Positions 1 to 8,624 of a DNA stretch of 64,000 bases are shown piece by piece. Where the stretch lies: contig DAOPKN010000005.1 of assembly GCA_035391225.1 (NCBI GenBank), forward strand, positions 42,063-106,062, in the 5' to 3' direction. This stretch comes from Thermotogota bacterium. Its GTDB lineage: Bacteria; Thermotogota; Thermotogae; MWEM01. Numbering within the stretch: the first letter of the stretch is position 1; each line of letters starts with the position of its first letter. The position numbers and the translations under genes are program-made. Under the pieces are notes generated by a model. The model was not told where the DNA came from. It saw only the letters and a program-made list of their open reading frames with translations, and made no database searches.

Positions 1-159
1 GCGTTCCTGCAAGATGTTCTGGGTCATGACGTGAACATGTACGGGTACCCTGACCTTTTCTTCGGAGGCCCCAACATCATCGCGGTGGAAGAAGATGGCA
101 TGATCATCGGTGCGGGTTCGATTCGACGCAACGGAGCAGCTTCCGCGCCGGAAAAGTAA
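1..159 (+). CDS. 3' end of a gamma-glutamyltranspeptidase-like gene (partial; the upstream part lies outside the window)
   Basis: Frame-1 translation ...YPDLFFGGPNIIAVEEDGMIIGAGSIRRNGAASAPEK* resembles the conserved C-terminus of GGT small subunits. Stop TAA at 157-159. Confidence 0.45.
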   Translation, partial: AFLQDVLGHDVNMYGYPDLFFGGPNIIAVEEDGMIIGAGSIRRNGAASAPEK

Positions 160-178
160 TCAAGGAGGTGTATGACCC

Positions 179-733
179 GTGAAGAAAACGATCTTTGCCT
201 TTTTGTTCCTCACCTTGTTGGCTTTCTCCGTAGGATTTTCGGCGGAAGGACTCCATTTCGATGCACCCTTGTTTATCACCTCGGGGGGGCAATCCCCGGG
301 TGCGTTGCAGATGATGGTGCTCGCGAAAGCAGTGAAACTCGAATACGTTTTTGAAAAGATCCTGCCCGCTGCGGAATTTGACCCCTCTTCGTTCAAAAGT
401 GCCATGATCGTTGTGGGTGCAAGCGGAAAAGGGCTGGGTGCTGCTGGTATAGACGTGGATCAAGAAACCGAACGCGTGTTGGGAATTGCCACCCTTTGCC
501 AGGAAAACGGCATTCCCTTGATCCTGGTGCAGCTGGAAGGAGCTGCCCGCCGCGGACCCTCGTCCGACATCATCCTGGATGCCCTGGCCCCCTTTGCCAG
601 TGCCCTTTTCGTCAAGGCTGACGCCAACGAGGATGCCAAGTTCACCACCTTGGGCGAGGAATACGAAATTCCGCTGGTGCTTTTCGAGAAAACCACCGAC
701 ATGCGGGACCTTTTGAAAGATTACTTCTTCTAA
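179..733 (+). CDS. Hypothetical Sec-secreted protein (184 aa)
   Basis: GTG start 10 nt after AGGAGG (163-168). N-terminal signal peptide MKKTIFAFLFLTLLAFSVGFSA. No recognisable catalytic motif. Confidence 0.55.
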   Translation: MKKTIFAFLFLTLLAFSVGFSAEGLHFDAPLFITSGGQSPGALQMMVLAKAVKLEYVFEKILPAAEFDPSSFKSAMIVVGASGKGLGAAGIDVDQETERVLGIATLCQENGIPLILVQLEGAARRGPSSDIILDALAPFASALFVKADANEDAKFTTLGEEYEIPLVLFEKTTDMRDLLKDYFF

Positions 734-779
734 GCCACGTCACCGCGCGGGATGCGTTCCCGCGCGGTTCATTTTTCTG

Positions 780-1862
780 TTGGGAGTGAGCAAATTGAAA
801 AGATGCATCTTGGCGGGCATGGTGATTGCCCTGCTGGCCAGTCTTTCCTTCAGTGCGTTTCTGTACCCGGATATTCGCCCCGGTTACGGTGTCACCGGCC
901 AGGGGTGGATTTCGGATTACTTCCCCCCGCTCCGGGGAACCAACATGGACACCCCGCTTTTCTTCATGGACAGCGGGAAACCCGGTGCGACCTTCCTGCT
1001 CATCGGGGGGACCCATGCCCGGGAGATCGCCGGAACCACAGCTGCCACCATTTTCCTGGAAAACGTGCAGGTGACGCAGGGCCGGGTCATCGTGCTGCCC
1101 TTTGCGAACCGAAGCGCGCTATCCATCGAGGACGAGCTGGGGAGTTCCCCCCATTTCCTCTTGGTGGAAGGCAAAAGCGGCCCACGTTTCTTGGTGTACG
1201 GTGATCGCAGGACAGATATCCGGGACCAGGGGATCGCTGATCCGGAGGTTTTCGTCCACGATCCCTCCGGCATGGAGATCGCCGACGGAGCCGAAAGCCG
1301 CAACCTGAACCGCAATTACCCCGGCAAACCCGATGGGAACCCCACGCAGCAACTGGCTTTTGCTATCCTGGAAATGATTCGCTCGGAAGACGTGGATTTC
1401 TGCCTGGACATGCACGAGAGTGGAACCCCCGACCGGGTGGAGTTGGAATCCGGCGAGGTGTACGGGGGAAGCCGCCTTGCGTACATGTTGGTGTGCCATC
1501 CACAAGGACTGGAAATCGGGGCCATGGCACTCTTCGAGATGGAAGACCTGGGGATTTCCATGCAGTTGGAAGAGTCCAGTACGGAATTCCGTGGGTTGAG
1601 CCACCGAGAGATCGGCGACCATTCGGATTGCCTCTCGTTCTTGTCCGAATCTCCCAACCCTGGTCAGGATCGCTGGAGAAAAGACCCCGATGTGTTGACG
1701 GACCCCGTGTATTCCCTCGCGCACCGTGTGGGTATGCACTACGAGGTCATCCGCGCGCTTTTCACTAATTACGAACTGTGGATGGGAAACCCAGTTTGCG
1801 TGGAAGGGCTTCCCAGGGAATCAGAACTGGTTGCGCAAGGGATTGGGGCGTTCCTGAATTAA
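780..1862 (+). CDS. Succinylglutamate desuccinylase/aspartoacylase (AstE/AspA, M14-like) family zinc hydrolase, predicted exported
   Basis: N-terminal TM/signal segment. GGTHAREIAG motif typical of the AstE_AspA family. Second HE-containing motif DMHESG. Confidence 0.6.
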   Translation: MGVSKLKRCILAGMVIALLASLSFSAFLYPDIRPGYGVTGQGWISDYFPPLRGTNMDTPLFFMDSGKPGATFLLIGGTHAREIAGTTAATIFLENVQVTQGRVIVLPFANRSALSIEDELGSSPHFLLVEGKSGPRFLVYGDRRTDIRDQGIADPEVFVHDPSGMEIADGAESRNLNRNYPGKPDGNPTQQLAFAILEMIRSEDVDFCLDMHESGTPDRVELESGEVYGGSRLAYMLVCHPQGLEIGAMALFEMEDLGISMQLEESSTEFRGLSHREIGDHSDCLSFLSESPNPGQDRWRKDPDVLTDPVYSLAHRVGMHYEVIRALFTNYELWMGNPVCVEGLPRESELVAQGIGAFLN

Positions 1863-1886
1863 TCGAAACCGCAAAGAAGGGGGAGG

Positions 1887-3242
1887 TTGCTGTTGAACCC
1901 GGAATCCATTTACTTTTTCTTGATGCTGGGTAGTTTCGTTGCTCTTGCGGCGATCAAGGTACCCATTTCCGTTTCGCTGATGTTCTCTGCGTTGGTTGGG
2001 GCGCTCGCGAGCGGCCATTTCTTCCCGGTGCGTCACCTGGTGGAAGGTGGATTCGGGTATTTCGATGCCATCCTGGTGATTGCCACCGCCATGATCTTCA
2101 TGGAGAGCATTCGTTTTTCCGGGTTGTTGGAAGACATGGCCCGACGTCTCACCCGAACGTTTCACCGTCGCCCCCTTTTCCTGCTCATGGTGATGACCTT
2201 CTTCATCATGATTGCGGGAATGATCACGGGGTCTTCCTCCGCCGCGGTCTTGACCACTGGTGCCATCGCTTTCCCGGTGCTCACCGACCTGGGTTTCCGA
2301 AAACCCCGTGCTGGCGCATTGATCGCCATGGCTTCGATCTTCGGGATGATCGCCCCACCGATCAACATCCCCGCGATGATCATCGGGCAAGGCGTGGACA
2401 TGCCGTATATCGGTTTCACCGCACCCCTTCTTCTGCTGACCTTCCCGCTGGCGATCGCAACCGCGTTGCTCCTTGGCTTTCGTGTCGTGAAACCCGTGGA
2501 CGTGAGCAAGCTTCCCTCCCTGCCCCCCTGGAAAAAGGCCTGGGTGATGTACATTCCACTGGCATTACTCGTTGTGGGCATGGTTCTGGAAAATTCGCGC
2601 TTTTCCCTTTCCCTGGGACTGCCTTTGATTTTCCTTGCCTGCGCCATCGTGGCGAGCTTTTCGGGGAAGAAGAGCAGTTTCTGGAAAGTTTCGTTGCGCG
2701 CGCTCAAAGAATCCATCGGTATCCTCTCCATCTTGGTGGGTGTGGGCATGTTCATCCAGGTGATGACCCTGAACGGAACGCGCGGACTCATCGTGTCCTT
2801 CTTGAACGATTTACCCTCGGGGCTGGCTCTTCTGGGTATTGCGGTGGGGGTTCCGCTGTTCGGGGCGGTTTCTTCCTACGGTGCCGCATCGGTGTTGGGT
2901 GTGCCGTTCCTGTTGGCCTTCCTTGGGCAAAACGACATCATGGTGTGCTCGGCGCTCGCCCTTTTGGCCGGACTCGGGGACATGGTTCCCCCCACTGCTC
3001 TGGCTGGTATCTTTGCGGCGCATGTTGTCGGAGAGAAGAATTACTTCACCGTGTGGTGGCGTTCCATGCCTTCGTTCTTTCTCACAATGGTTTTCGCCAC
3101 GCTCGCCCTGGTCTTTTCGCGGGGTTTCGGGGACGTGGCAGGTTCTCCCCTCTTTCTCCCCCTTTTCCTGGGAGCCCTCGTGGTGCTGGGGTTGTTGTTG
3201 ATATGGGTTGACGGTGTGCGCCAGAGGAGGTGGGCGAAATGA
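1887..3242 (+). CDS. DctM-like (TRAP large-permease / ion-transporter superfamily) membrane permease
   Basis: TTG start. About 12 predicted TM helices. DctM-like signature stretch ...ESIRFSGLLEDMARRL...AGMITGSSSAAVLTTGAIAFPVLTDLGF...FGMIAPPINIPAMIIG. No dctP/dctQ adjacent. Confidence 0.55.
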   Translation: MLLNPESIYFFLMLGSFVALAAIKVPISVSLMFSALVGALASGHFFPVRHLVEGGFGYFDAILVIATAMIFMESIRFSGLLEDMARRLTRTFHRRPLFLLMVMTFFIMIAGMITGSSSAAVLTTGAIAFPVLTDLGFRKPRAGALIAMASIFGMIAPPINIPAMIIGQGVDMPYIGFTAPLLLLTFPLAIATALLLGFRVVKPVDVSKLPSLPPWKKAWVMYIPLALLVVGMVLENSRFSLSLGLPLIFLACAIVASFSGKKSSFWKVSLRALKESIGILSILVGVGMFIQVMTLNGTRGLIVSFLNDLPSGLALLGIAVGVPLFGAVSSYGAASVLGVPFLLAFLGQNDIMVCSALALLAGLGDMVPPTALAGIFAAHVVGEKNYFTVWWRSMPSFFLTMVFATLALVFSRGFGDVAGSPLFLPLFLGALVVLGLLLIWVDGVRQRRWAK

Positions 3243-3382
3243 TGTGGGTGTACAAAGTCATGCTGGTCTTCCTGGTGGCCGTTTTTCTCCGCATCGTGTA
3301 CCGGGATGCCAAGAAGTGGGACTGGGTGATGATTGGGATGATCCTGGTGCCCATGGTACTGCGCGTGCTGGGGGTAAAGTAA
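3239..3382 (+). CDS. Small (47 aa) single/double-TM membrane protein, translationally coupled to the preceding permease (ATGA overlap)
   Basis: ATG overlaps the TGA of the upstream permease. Sequence MMWVYKVMLVFLVAVFLRIVYRDAKKWDWVMIGMILVPMVLRVLGVK is hydrophobic. Ends immediately before a strong terminator. Not in the ORF track because it is under 60 aa. Confidence 0.35.
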   Translation: MMWVYKVMLVFLVAVFLRIVYRDAKKWDWVMIGMILVPMVLRVLGVK

Positions 3383-3384
3383 AA

Positions 3385-3415
3385 CGAAGGCCGCGGAAGC
3401 GGCCTTCGTTTTTTG
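3385..3415. terminator. Bidirectional rho-independent terminator
   Basis: CGAAGGCCGC-GGAA-GCGGCCTTCG hairpin followed by TTTTTTG. A-tract on the other side serves the convergent minus-strand gene. Confidence 0.8.
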
Positions 3416-3432
3416 CAAGGGGCTTGGGAGAC

Positions 3433-4152
3433 TTATTGCAGGAACATCTCGAGCACTTCAATGGCGTTGGGGGAAAGGAAGAGCATGTACAGCGTGTCGG
3501 TTGCGTTGTAGCCTTGCAGCGGGCCCATGTTGTTGCGCAGTACCCTGCCGGGAAGTCCTTCGGTGTCTTCACCCGCTTGGGAGATGCGATCGCGTACCCG
3601 TTCGGCGATTTGCCCCGCGTTGGGCAGCACCTTCTGTGCCCGTTCCTTCACTTGCCGCACCAGCATCGGGTTGTTTTCCACGGCTTGCTGTACCTTCTCC
3701 ATAACGGGGGCAGCGCGCTCCTTCAACTGGGCAATCGCGTGCAGCTTGTAGTTTTCCACCTGTGCGGCGGTGAAGATGGTTTTCATTTCCTCCACGTACT
3801 CTTCCACGGCGGTTTTTCCATTTTCCACAGCGGTTTCCGCCTCACCGTGCAAGCGTTGGGCTTCTTCCACGTTGCCGTCCACCATTTGTGCCAGCGCGTC
3901 TTCCAGGTAATGCGTTCCGTTGTCCTTGATTCCATCCAGTTTCTCTCGGGTGGCCAGTGCCAGATCGTGTACCTGTGCGATCTGTTCCGGTGTCATTTCC
4001 AGCACGTTCACCAGTTCGGCGATGCGGTATTGCATCTGCAGTGCCACGATCTCGGCATTTTCCTCGGTCAGCATCGCTTGCCCCAGTGGCAGTGCGAACG
4101 TCATTCCCACGAGTACCAGTAGTGTTGCTCCCATCATCATTGCTTTCTTCAT
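3433..4152 (-). CDS. Hypothetical exported alpha-helical protein (239 aa), own transcription unit downstream of the flagellar operon
   Basis: Signal peptide MKKAMMMGATLLVLVGMTFALPLGQA. E/A/Q/V-rich helical body. RBS GGAGGTGA upstream. Separated from flgJ-like by a terminator. Confidence 0.55.
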   Translation of the reverse strand: MKKAMMMGATLLVLVGMTFALPLGQAMLTEENAEIVALQMQYRIAELVNVLEMTPEQIAQVHDLALATREKLDGIKDNGTHYLEDALAQMVDGNVEEAQRLHGEAETAVENGKTAVEEYVEEMKTIFTAAQVENYKLHAIAQLKERAAPVMEKVQQAVENNPMLVRQVKERAQKVLPNAGQIAERVRDRISQAGEDTEGLPGRVLRNNMGPLQGYNATDTLYMLFLSPNAIEVLEMFLQ

Positions 4153-4220
4153 TTCCGTTCACCTCCGAATTTGTTTTTACATCCCGAGTATACCGATCGG
4201 AACATAAAGAAAGCGTGAAG

Positions 4221-4246
4221 AAAAAAACCCCCAGAAAATCAGGGGG
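4221..4246 (-). terminator. Rho-independent terminator ending the flagellar rod/ring operon
   Basis: CCCCC-AGAAAATCA-GGGGG hairpin with a 7-nt A-tract on the plus strand (T-tract on the minus strand), immediately 3' of the flgJ-like stop. Confidence 0.7.
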
Positions 4247-4577
4247 TTGTGCGAGCGGTTTGCTTGACTTGGCGGTACACGGCTTCTCCCATTTGCTTGA
4301 GCGTTTGCCGTGCCGCCACCTGCGCGTACTCGTCGTAGAGCATCTGGCGGAACCAACTTTCGCCGAAGCCTTCACCCATCAATCCACTTCGGGGGATGGC
4401 TTCGTCCATGTCCTTGAAGATCTTGGACAGGAAAACGGAAACGAACTCGTTCACCGCTTCGCGCAACTGGGTATCTTGCAGGTCTTTCTGTGAAGAAACG
4501 CGGGTCAGGGCATTTTGGGTGGACTGGATCCGCGTGGAAGTATGGTCAACCGGGGGGATGAGGGCATCCATCTGCAC
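4239..4577 (-). CDS. flgJ: Flagellar rod-binding protein (FlgJ N-terminal 'Rod_binding' domain only)
   Basis: 112 aa. Motif NEFVSVFLSKIFKDM matches the rod-binding domain consensus (E-F-E-S-V-F-L-x-x-M-L-K-x-M). Positioned after flgI as in many non-enteric operons. Confidence 0.65.
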   Translation of the reverse strand: MQMDALIPPVDHTSTRIQSTQNALTRVSSQKDLQDTQLREAVNEFVSVFLSKIFKDMDEAIPRSGLMGEGFGESWFRQMLYDEYAQVAARQTLKQMGEAVYRQVKQTARTTP

Positions 4578-4582
4578 ACCCC

Positions 4583-5593
4583 CTACATCATGATGACCTG
4601 GGCGTGCAACACCCCGGCATCTTTCATGGCTTGGACAACGGCAACGATATCTTGTGGCGTGGCTCCCACCGCTTTGAGTGCGGTGATCAGGTTCTGAATG
4701 GAGCTTTCGGGCCCCGGGTTGTCGCCCTCGGTGACCATGCCGTTGCGAATGGTGATGTTGAACCCGCCGTAGGACACGGAGAAGTCGTCTACCTTCACCT
4801 CGCCCCCCATCACGATGGTCCCGGTGCGCTCGTTGATCACCACGCGGGCCACCACGTCGGGCACCACTTCCACTTCCTCCACGATGGAAAGGAAGGTGAT
4901 CAGGTCATCCACGAAAACATCCGGCACCTTGACCTTGATGGTGGAAGCATCCAGCGCGCGGGAAATGCTTTCGCCGAAGCGGGTATTGAGTGCCTGCGAA
5001 ACACGGGCGGCTGTTGTGAAGTCAGGATTGAGAAGCAACAGCGAAATCGAGTTGGCGTCCACGATTTCGGTGGGGATTTCCTTTTCCACGATGGCGCCTC
5101 CGGGCATGGTGGCAACCACGGGGTAACGCGTTTGCAGGTTGATCGAAGACTTCACGTCGTCCCCACCCAGGCTCAACTGCCCCTGGGCCACCGCGTACAC
5201 AACACCGTCTGCACCGTACAGCGGGGTTTGCAGCAGCACACCGTTTGCCAACGATTGGGCATCCCCGATGGAGGAAACTTGCACGTCCAGGCGCATGCCT
5301 TCCTTGAAGAAGGGGGGGATGTCGGCGGTCACCATCACCAGCGCGGTGTTTTCCGATTCCAGGTCGCTCTGGGTGACGGCGATCCCGAAATTCTTTAGCA
5401 TGTTGCTCAGCAACGTGGAAGGAACGCTTCCGGAGTCTCCCGTGCCGTCCAACCCTACGACAAGCCCAACGCCAAAGAGCTGGTTGTCCCGGGCACCGCG
5501 GAAGCGGGCGATGTCTTTCAACCGCACGAGGGCGCCGAGCGATAGCCCCACCCCCAAAAGCAGAATCAGTGAAACGAGCAAAATCTTCTTCAT
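4583..5593 (-). CDS. flgI: Flagellar P-ring protein FlgI
   Basis: Signal peptide plus LKDIARFRGARDNQLFGVGLVVGLDGTGDSG N-terminal signature of FlgI. 336 aa. Confidence 0.9.
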   Translation of the reverse strand: MKKILLVSLILLLGVGLSLGALVRLKDIARFRGARDNQLFGVGLVVGLDGTGDSGSVPSTLLSNMLKNFGIAVTQSDLESENTALVMVTADIPPFFKEGMRLDVQVSSIGDAQSLANGVLLQTPLYGADGVVYAVAQGQLSLGGDDVKSSINLQTRYPVVATMPGGAIVEKEIPTEIVDANSISLLLLNPDFTTAARVSQALNTRFGESISRALDASTIKVKVPDVFVDDLITFLSIVEEVEVVPDVVARVVINERTGTIVMGGEVKVDDFSVSYGGFNITIRNGMVTEGDNPGPESSIQNLITALKAVGATPQDIVAVVQAMKDAGVLHAQVIMM

Positions 5594-6204
5594 TAGAAAA
5601 TCACCCCTGCCAGTCCGGAAAGGATAAAGCCGATCCAGTTATCTTCCGACGGATCTTGCTGGAACACCACGTCCCCGTTGTACCAGAGCTTTGCGTCCGC
5701 AATCTTGAACGAGTCGATGGTGTTTTCCGCGGAAATGTCGGCGGGGCGCACCAAACCCTCGATCACCAGTTCCCTGCGGTCTTGCCCCACCTTGACCTCT
5801 TTTCGTCCCATGATCTTGAGGTTGCCGTTCTCGTTGATTTCCTGAACGATGGCGGCGATCTTTGCGGTTACCTGGGATTTCACCGTATTGGCCGTTTCGG
5901 ATACCTGCGCATCTTCCTCTCCGCCCATGGGAATGAAGTCGGAAAGATCAATGTTGCTGATATTTTTGATGATGGATAGCGTGGAAGTAAGCAAACCACC
6001 CGCCTTGTCATCGGTTTGGTCGCTTTGGTTCATGGTCATGCTTTCCACGATGAGAATGGTGAGGATATCTCCCACCTGGTATGCCTTGTTGTCGGAAAAA
6101 AGGTTCTTGAATTGTTGGTTCCCAGAGCTCTGCCACAGCGAGGTGGAAAAAACGAATGTCCCCCACCAAAGCACCGTGACCAACAAAACGAGTGTTCTTT
6201 TCAT
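5593..6204 (-). CDS. flgH: Flagellar L-ring protein FlgH
   Basis: 203 aa with signal/lipoprotein-like N-terminus and YQVGDILTILIVE...GNLKIMGRKEVKVGQD motifs typical of FlgH. Overlaps the flgI start (ATGA). Confidence 0.85.
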   Translation of the reverse strand: MKRTLVLLVTVLWWGTFVFSTSLWQSSGNQQFKNLFSDNKAYQVGDILTILIVESMTMNQSDQTDDKAGGLLTSTLSIIKNISNIDLSDFIPMGGEEDAQVSETANTVKSQVTAKIAAIVQEINENGNLKIMGRKEVKVGQDRRELVIEGLVRPADISAENTIDSFKIADAKLWYNGDVVFQQDPSEDNWIGFILSGLAGVIF

Positions 6205-6221
6205 GTTGCCTCCAACGGGTG

Positions 6222-7298
6222 TTATTCCCCCAGAATGGTGAGTATCGGCCCGGGGTCGATCCTCCCACGAACCAGGATACCGGTGTCATTGTTGCGCGCC
6301 GAAACGATATCTCCCAGCTTGGCATCCGCCAAAAGCGTGACGAAGGTCGAGACACGCACCCCCCCAAGCGAAATCATCGCGACGATGGTTTGCCCCTTGC
6401 GCACGTACGGCGGAGGTTCCAGCATGGAATCGGTCAAAACCGTTCCGGCGGGAAGGTACCGCCGCGCCACGAAGCCGTCTGGGAAGGTTTCCGGGGTGTA
6501 GGCCCCGAGGTTCTCGAAATAATTGCGCTCCTCGAAACGAATGGAATCGGAACCAACGACATCCTTGTACTGGATATTTCTCTGGGCCAGTGCAACCTTC
6601 CTTAACCATTGGGGGCGGACTTTTCCCATCCAGTTGCCCTTGATCTCCGGTGCCCGAAGTTGAACCAGGAAAACCCCCGGCGAAAAGGGAGAAAAGGATA
6701 CCGTTGTCTGTTTGGGCCAGAGGAGTTCCGAAACGGGTAAAGCATCGAGGCATTCAAACAGAATGGAAGTGCTGGGTGTGGATTCCCGAAGGGACGCGGG
6801 GAGGTATTGCTCCAAGAAGGCTTCTCGTAGGAAAGCAAGGGTTTGCACACTATCCCCTTCTGGAGGATTCGCAGAAACGGGTCCGGTGGAAGAGGAATCG
6901 GGACGCACCGCGGACGTGGATTGGCCCCGCACAACCTGGATTTGTTCGAAATCCACGGGTTCTACCTGGAAAGCAGTGGAAAGCATGGCTTGCAACCGGG
7001 AGCGCACGTAATCGCTGTCCAGCGTGAGCACGCGCCCTGCCAAGGGAGCGTAGCCGAAGATCAACGGGTAAAATTCCTTCTGTAACGTGGGGTCGGGAAG
7101 GAGAACTTCAAAGAAATCGGAGAAGAAAATGCGCGATTGCTCGAAGGGGATCAAAACGTTTTGCTGTAACTGCAACACCACCACGGTAACGGTAGCATCC
7201 GTTGCAATAGGAGATGGTTGTTCCCCGAATGCTGGGTTCGCAAGAACAACCATCGCCAAGAGAAGAAAAAACCAGAATGCGTGGAAGCGCTCCGTCAA
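6222..7298 (-). CDS. flgA: Flagellar basal-body P-ring formation chaperone FlgA (long N-terminal extension)
   Basis: C-terminal SAF/ChapFlgA-like segment ...KGQTIVAMISLGGVRVSTFVTLLADAKLGDIVSARNNDTGILVRGRI... Signal peptide present. Position between fliE and flgH. Confidence 0.65.
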   Translation of the reverse strand: MTERFHAFWFFLLLAMVVLANPAFGEQPSPIATDATVTVVVLQLQQNVLIPFEQSRIFFSDFFEVLLPDPTLQKEFYPLIFGYAPLAGRVLTLDSDYVRSRLQAMLSTAFQVEPVDFEQIQVVRGQSTSAVRPDSSSTGPVSANPPEGDSVQTLAFLREAFLEQYLPASLRESTPSTSILFECLDALPVSELLWPKQTTVSFSPFSPGVFLVQLRAPEIKGNWMGKVRPQWLRKVALAQRNIQYKDVVGSDSIRFEERNYFENLGAYTPETFPDGFVARRYLPAGTVLTDSMLEPPPYVRKGQTIVAMISLGGVRVSTFVTLLADAKLGDIVSARNNDTGILVRGRIDPGPILTILGE

Positions 7299-7624
7299 AG
7301 CTGCATCCGCATGATTTCCTGGTACGCGGACACGATCTTGTTGCGCACTTCCAGCGTGAGACGCAACGACATCGCAGCTTTTTCCGCGGAGACCATCACG
7401 TCGTGAATGCTGGAAAGCTTGCCGGCGGCAAAATCATCTGCAGCTGCTTCCGCCACTTTTTGATCTTTGTTGACTTGTTCCATCGCCTGGTTCAGGATCT
7501 TGGCGAAATCGGGTTGCTCGGTACTCTTTTGCACCTTGGAGGCGTCCTCTCGCTGGATGCGCTCCAGGCGTTGGATGGATCCCAACCCGCTCAGGTTCGA
7601 AATGGGATCGATTGGAGAGGCCAT
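7295..7624 (-). CDS. fliE: Flagellar hook-basal body protein FliE
   Basis: 109 aa. C-terminus ...LTLEVRNKIVSAYQEIMRMQL is the FliE signature. Confidence 0.9.
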   Translation of the reverse strand: MASPIDPISNLSGLGSIQRLERIQREDASKVQKSTEQPDFAKILNQAMEQVNKDQKVAEAAADDFAAGKLSSIHDVMVSAEKAAMSLRLTLEVRNKIVSAYQEIMRMQL

Positions 7625-7627
7625 GTA

Positions 7628-8068
7628 TTACCCTCCCTTCCCAATTTGCAGCGCCGCGTTGGCGAACGCCTTGGTTGTATTCAAAGCAGATACGTTTGCT
7701 TCGTATGCCCGCTGGGCATTGATCAGGTCAACCATCTCGCGCAGCACGTTCACGTTGGGCATTTGCACGTAGCCGTTTTCGTCAGCATCGGGATGGGATG
7801 GATCGTACACCATGCGGAAAGGCCCGGAATCGGCTTCCACGCGCGCAACACGTACACCGGCAAGAGAGGCCACATCGGGTGGATTCAACTCGTCCACCGC
7901 GTTTTGGAAGGCTTCCGCAAACAGCACGGCGCGCCGGCGGTAGGGGCCACCTTCCTCGGTCCGGGTGGTTTCGGCGTTGGCGATATTCGAGGCGATGACG
8001 TCCAACCGGAAGCGTTGGGCGGTCATTCCCGAAGCGCTGATGTTCACCGTATCCATGAAGTCTAACAT
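7628..8068 (-). CDS. flgC: Flagellar basal-body rod protein FlgC
   Basis: SASGMTAQRFRLDVIASNIANAETTR ... VQMPNVNVLREMVDLINAQRAYEAN signature. Confidence 0.9.
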   Translation of the reverse strand: MLDFMDTVNISASGMTAQRFRLDVIASNIANAETTRTEEGGPYRRRAVLFAEAFQNAVDELNPPDVASLAGVRVARVEADSGPFRMVYDPSHPDADENGYVQMPNVNVLREMVDLINAQRAYEANVSALNTTKAFANAALQIGKGG

Positions 8069-8070
8069 AC

Positions 8071-8481
8071 TTACCGCGTTCCTTTCAAGATGATGTTGTA
8101 GCGGACGATGTTTTGGTCCATCAACCGTGCCAGTGTTTGGTACCGCAAACTATTGGCGGCCATGACGGCCATTTCCTGGTCAATGTCCACGTTGTTCCCG
8201 TCGTTTGTGATCCACGTGTTGCGAACACTGCCCATGCGCGCCTGCACATCCTCGATGTTCTCGGGGTAGTTGGAGAAGTGGCGCGGGTCTTCCTTCTTGA
8301 TGCGTAACTCCTGCGGAGAAAGGGCCTCGCGCAACACGTCTTCGAACACGACTTCCTTTCTCTTGTACCCGGGAGTTTCGGCGTTTGCGATGTTCTGGGA
8401 AATCACCCGGTGACGGAGGGCACTTGCATCCATCGCGGATGACAGTGTTACGAAATTCGAGTTGAACAATCCTCCTGCCAT
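8071..8481 (-). CDS. flgB: Flagellar basal-body rod protein FlgB (start trimmed to MAGGLFNS; ORF track shows a longer spurious N-extension to 8751)
   Basis: LRHRVISQNIANAETPGYKRKEVVFEDVL... rod-protein N-terminal motif. Plus strand 8461-8481 is GTTGAACAATCCTCCTGCCAT (the reverse complement of ATG GCA GGA GGA TTG TTC AAC). Confidence 0.85.
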   Translation of the reverse strand: MAGGLFNSNFVTLSSAMDASALRHRVISQNIANAETPGYKRKEVVFEDVLREALSPQELRIKKEDPRHFSNYPENIEDVQARMGSVRNTWITNDGNNVDIDQEMAVMAANSLRYQTLARLMDQNIVRYNIILKGTR

Positions 8482-8624
8482 GGCACACCCCTTTCCCGTT
8501 GATTTTCCAGCGCTGTATTCTTCTACGGTGTTTTGGGGATTTCCTAAGGGAATCCATGCGGACATTCTGGTACAATTCGGAGGGAAGATTCCACAACTTT
8601 GCATTTCAAGGAGGCGTTTTGTGC

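Noticed and set aside
3208-4122. 304-aa plus-strand ORF overlapping the exported helical protein gene
   Set aside because: H/G/L-rich low-complexity. The minus-strand frame has a signal peptide and a GGAGGTGA RBS and ends at a terminator. Kept the minus-strand gene.
4604-8065. Several 100-283-aa plus-strand ORFs antisense to flgI/flgH/flgA/flgC
   Set aside because: All lie opposite strongly conserved flagellar genes and have H/R/G-rich compositions without motifs.
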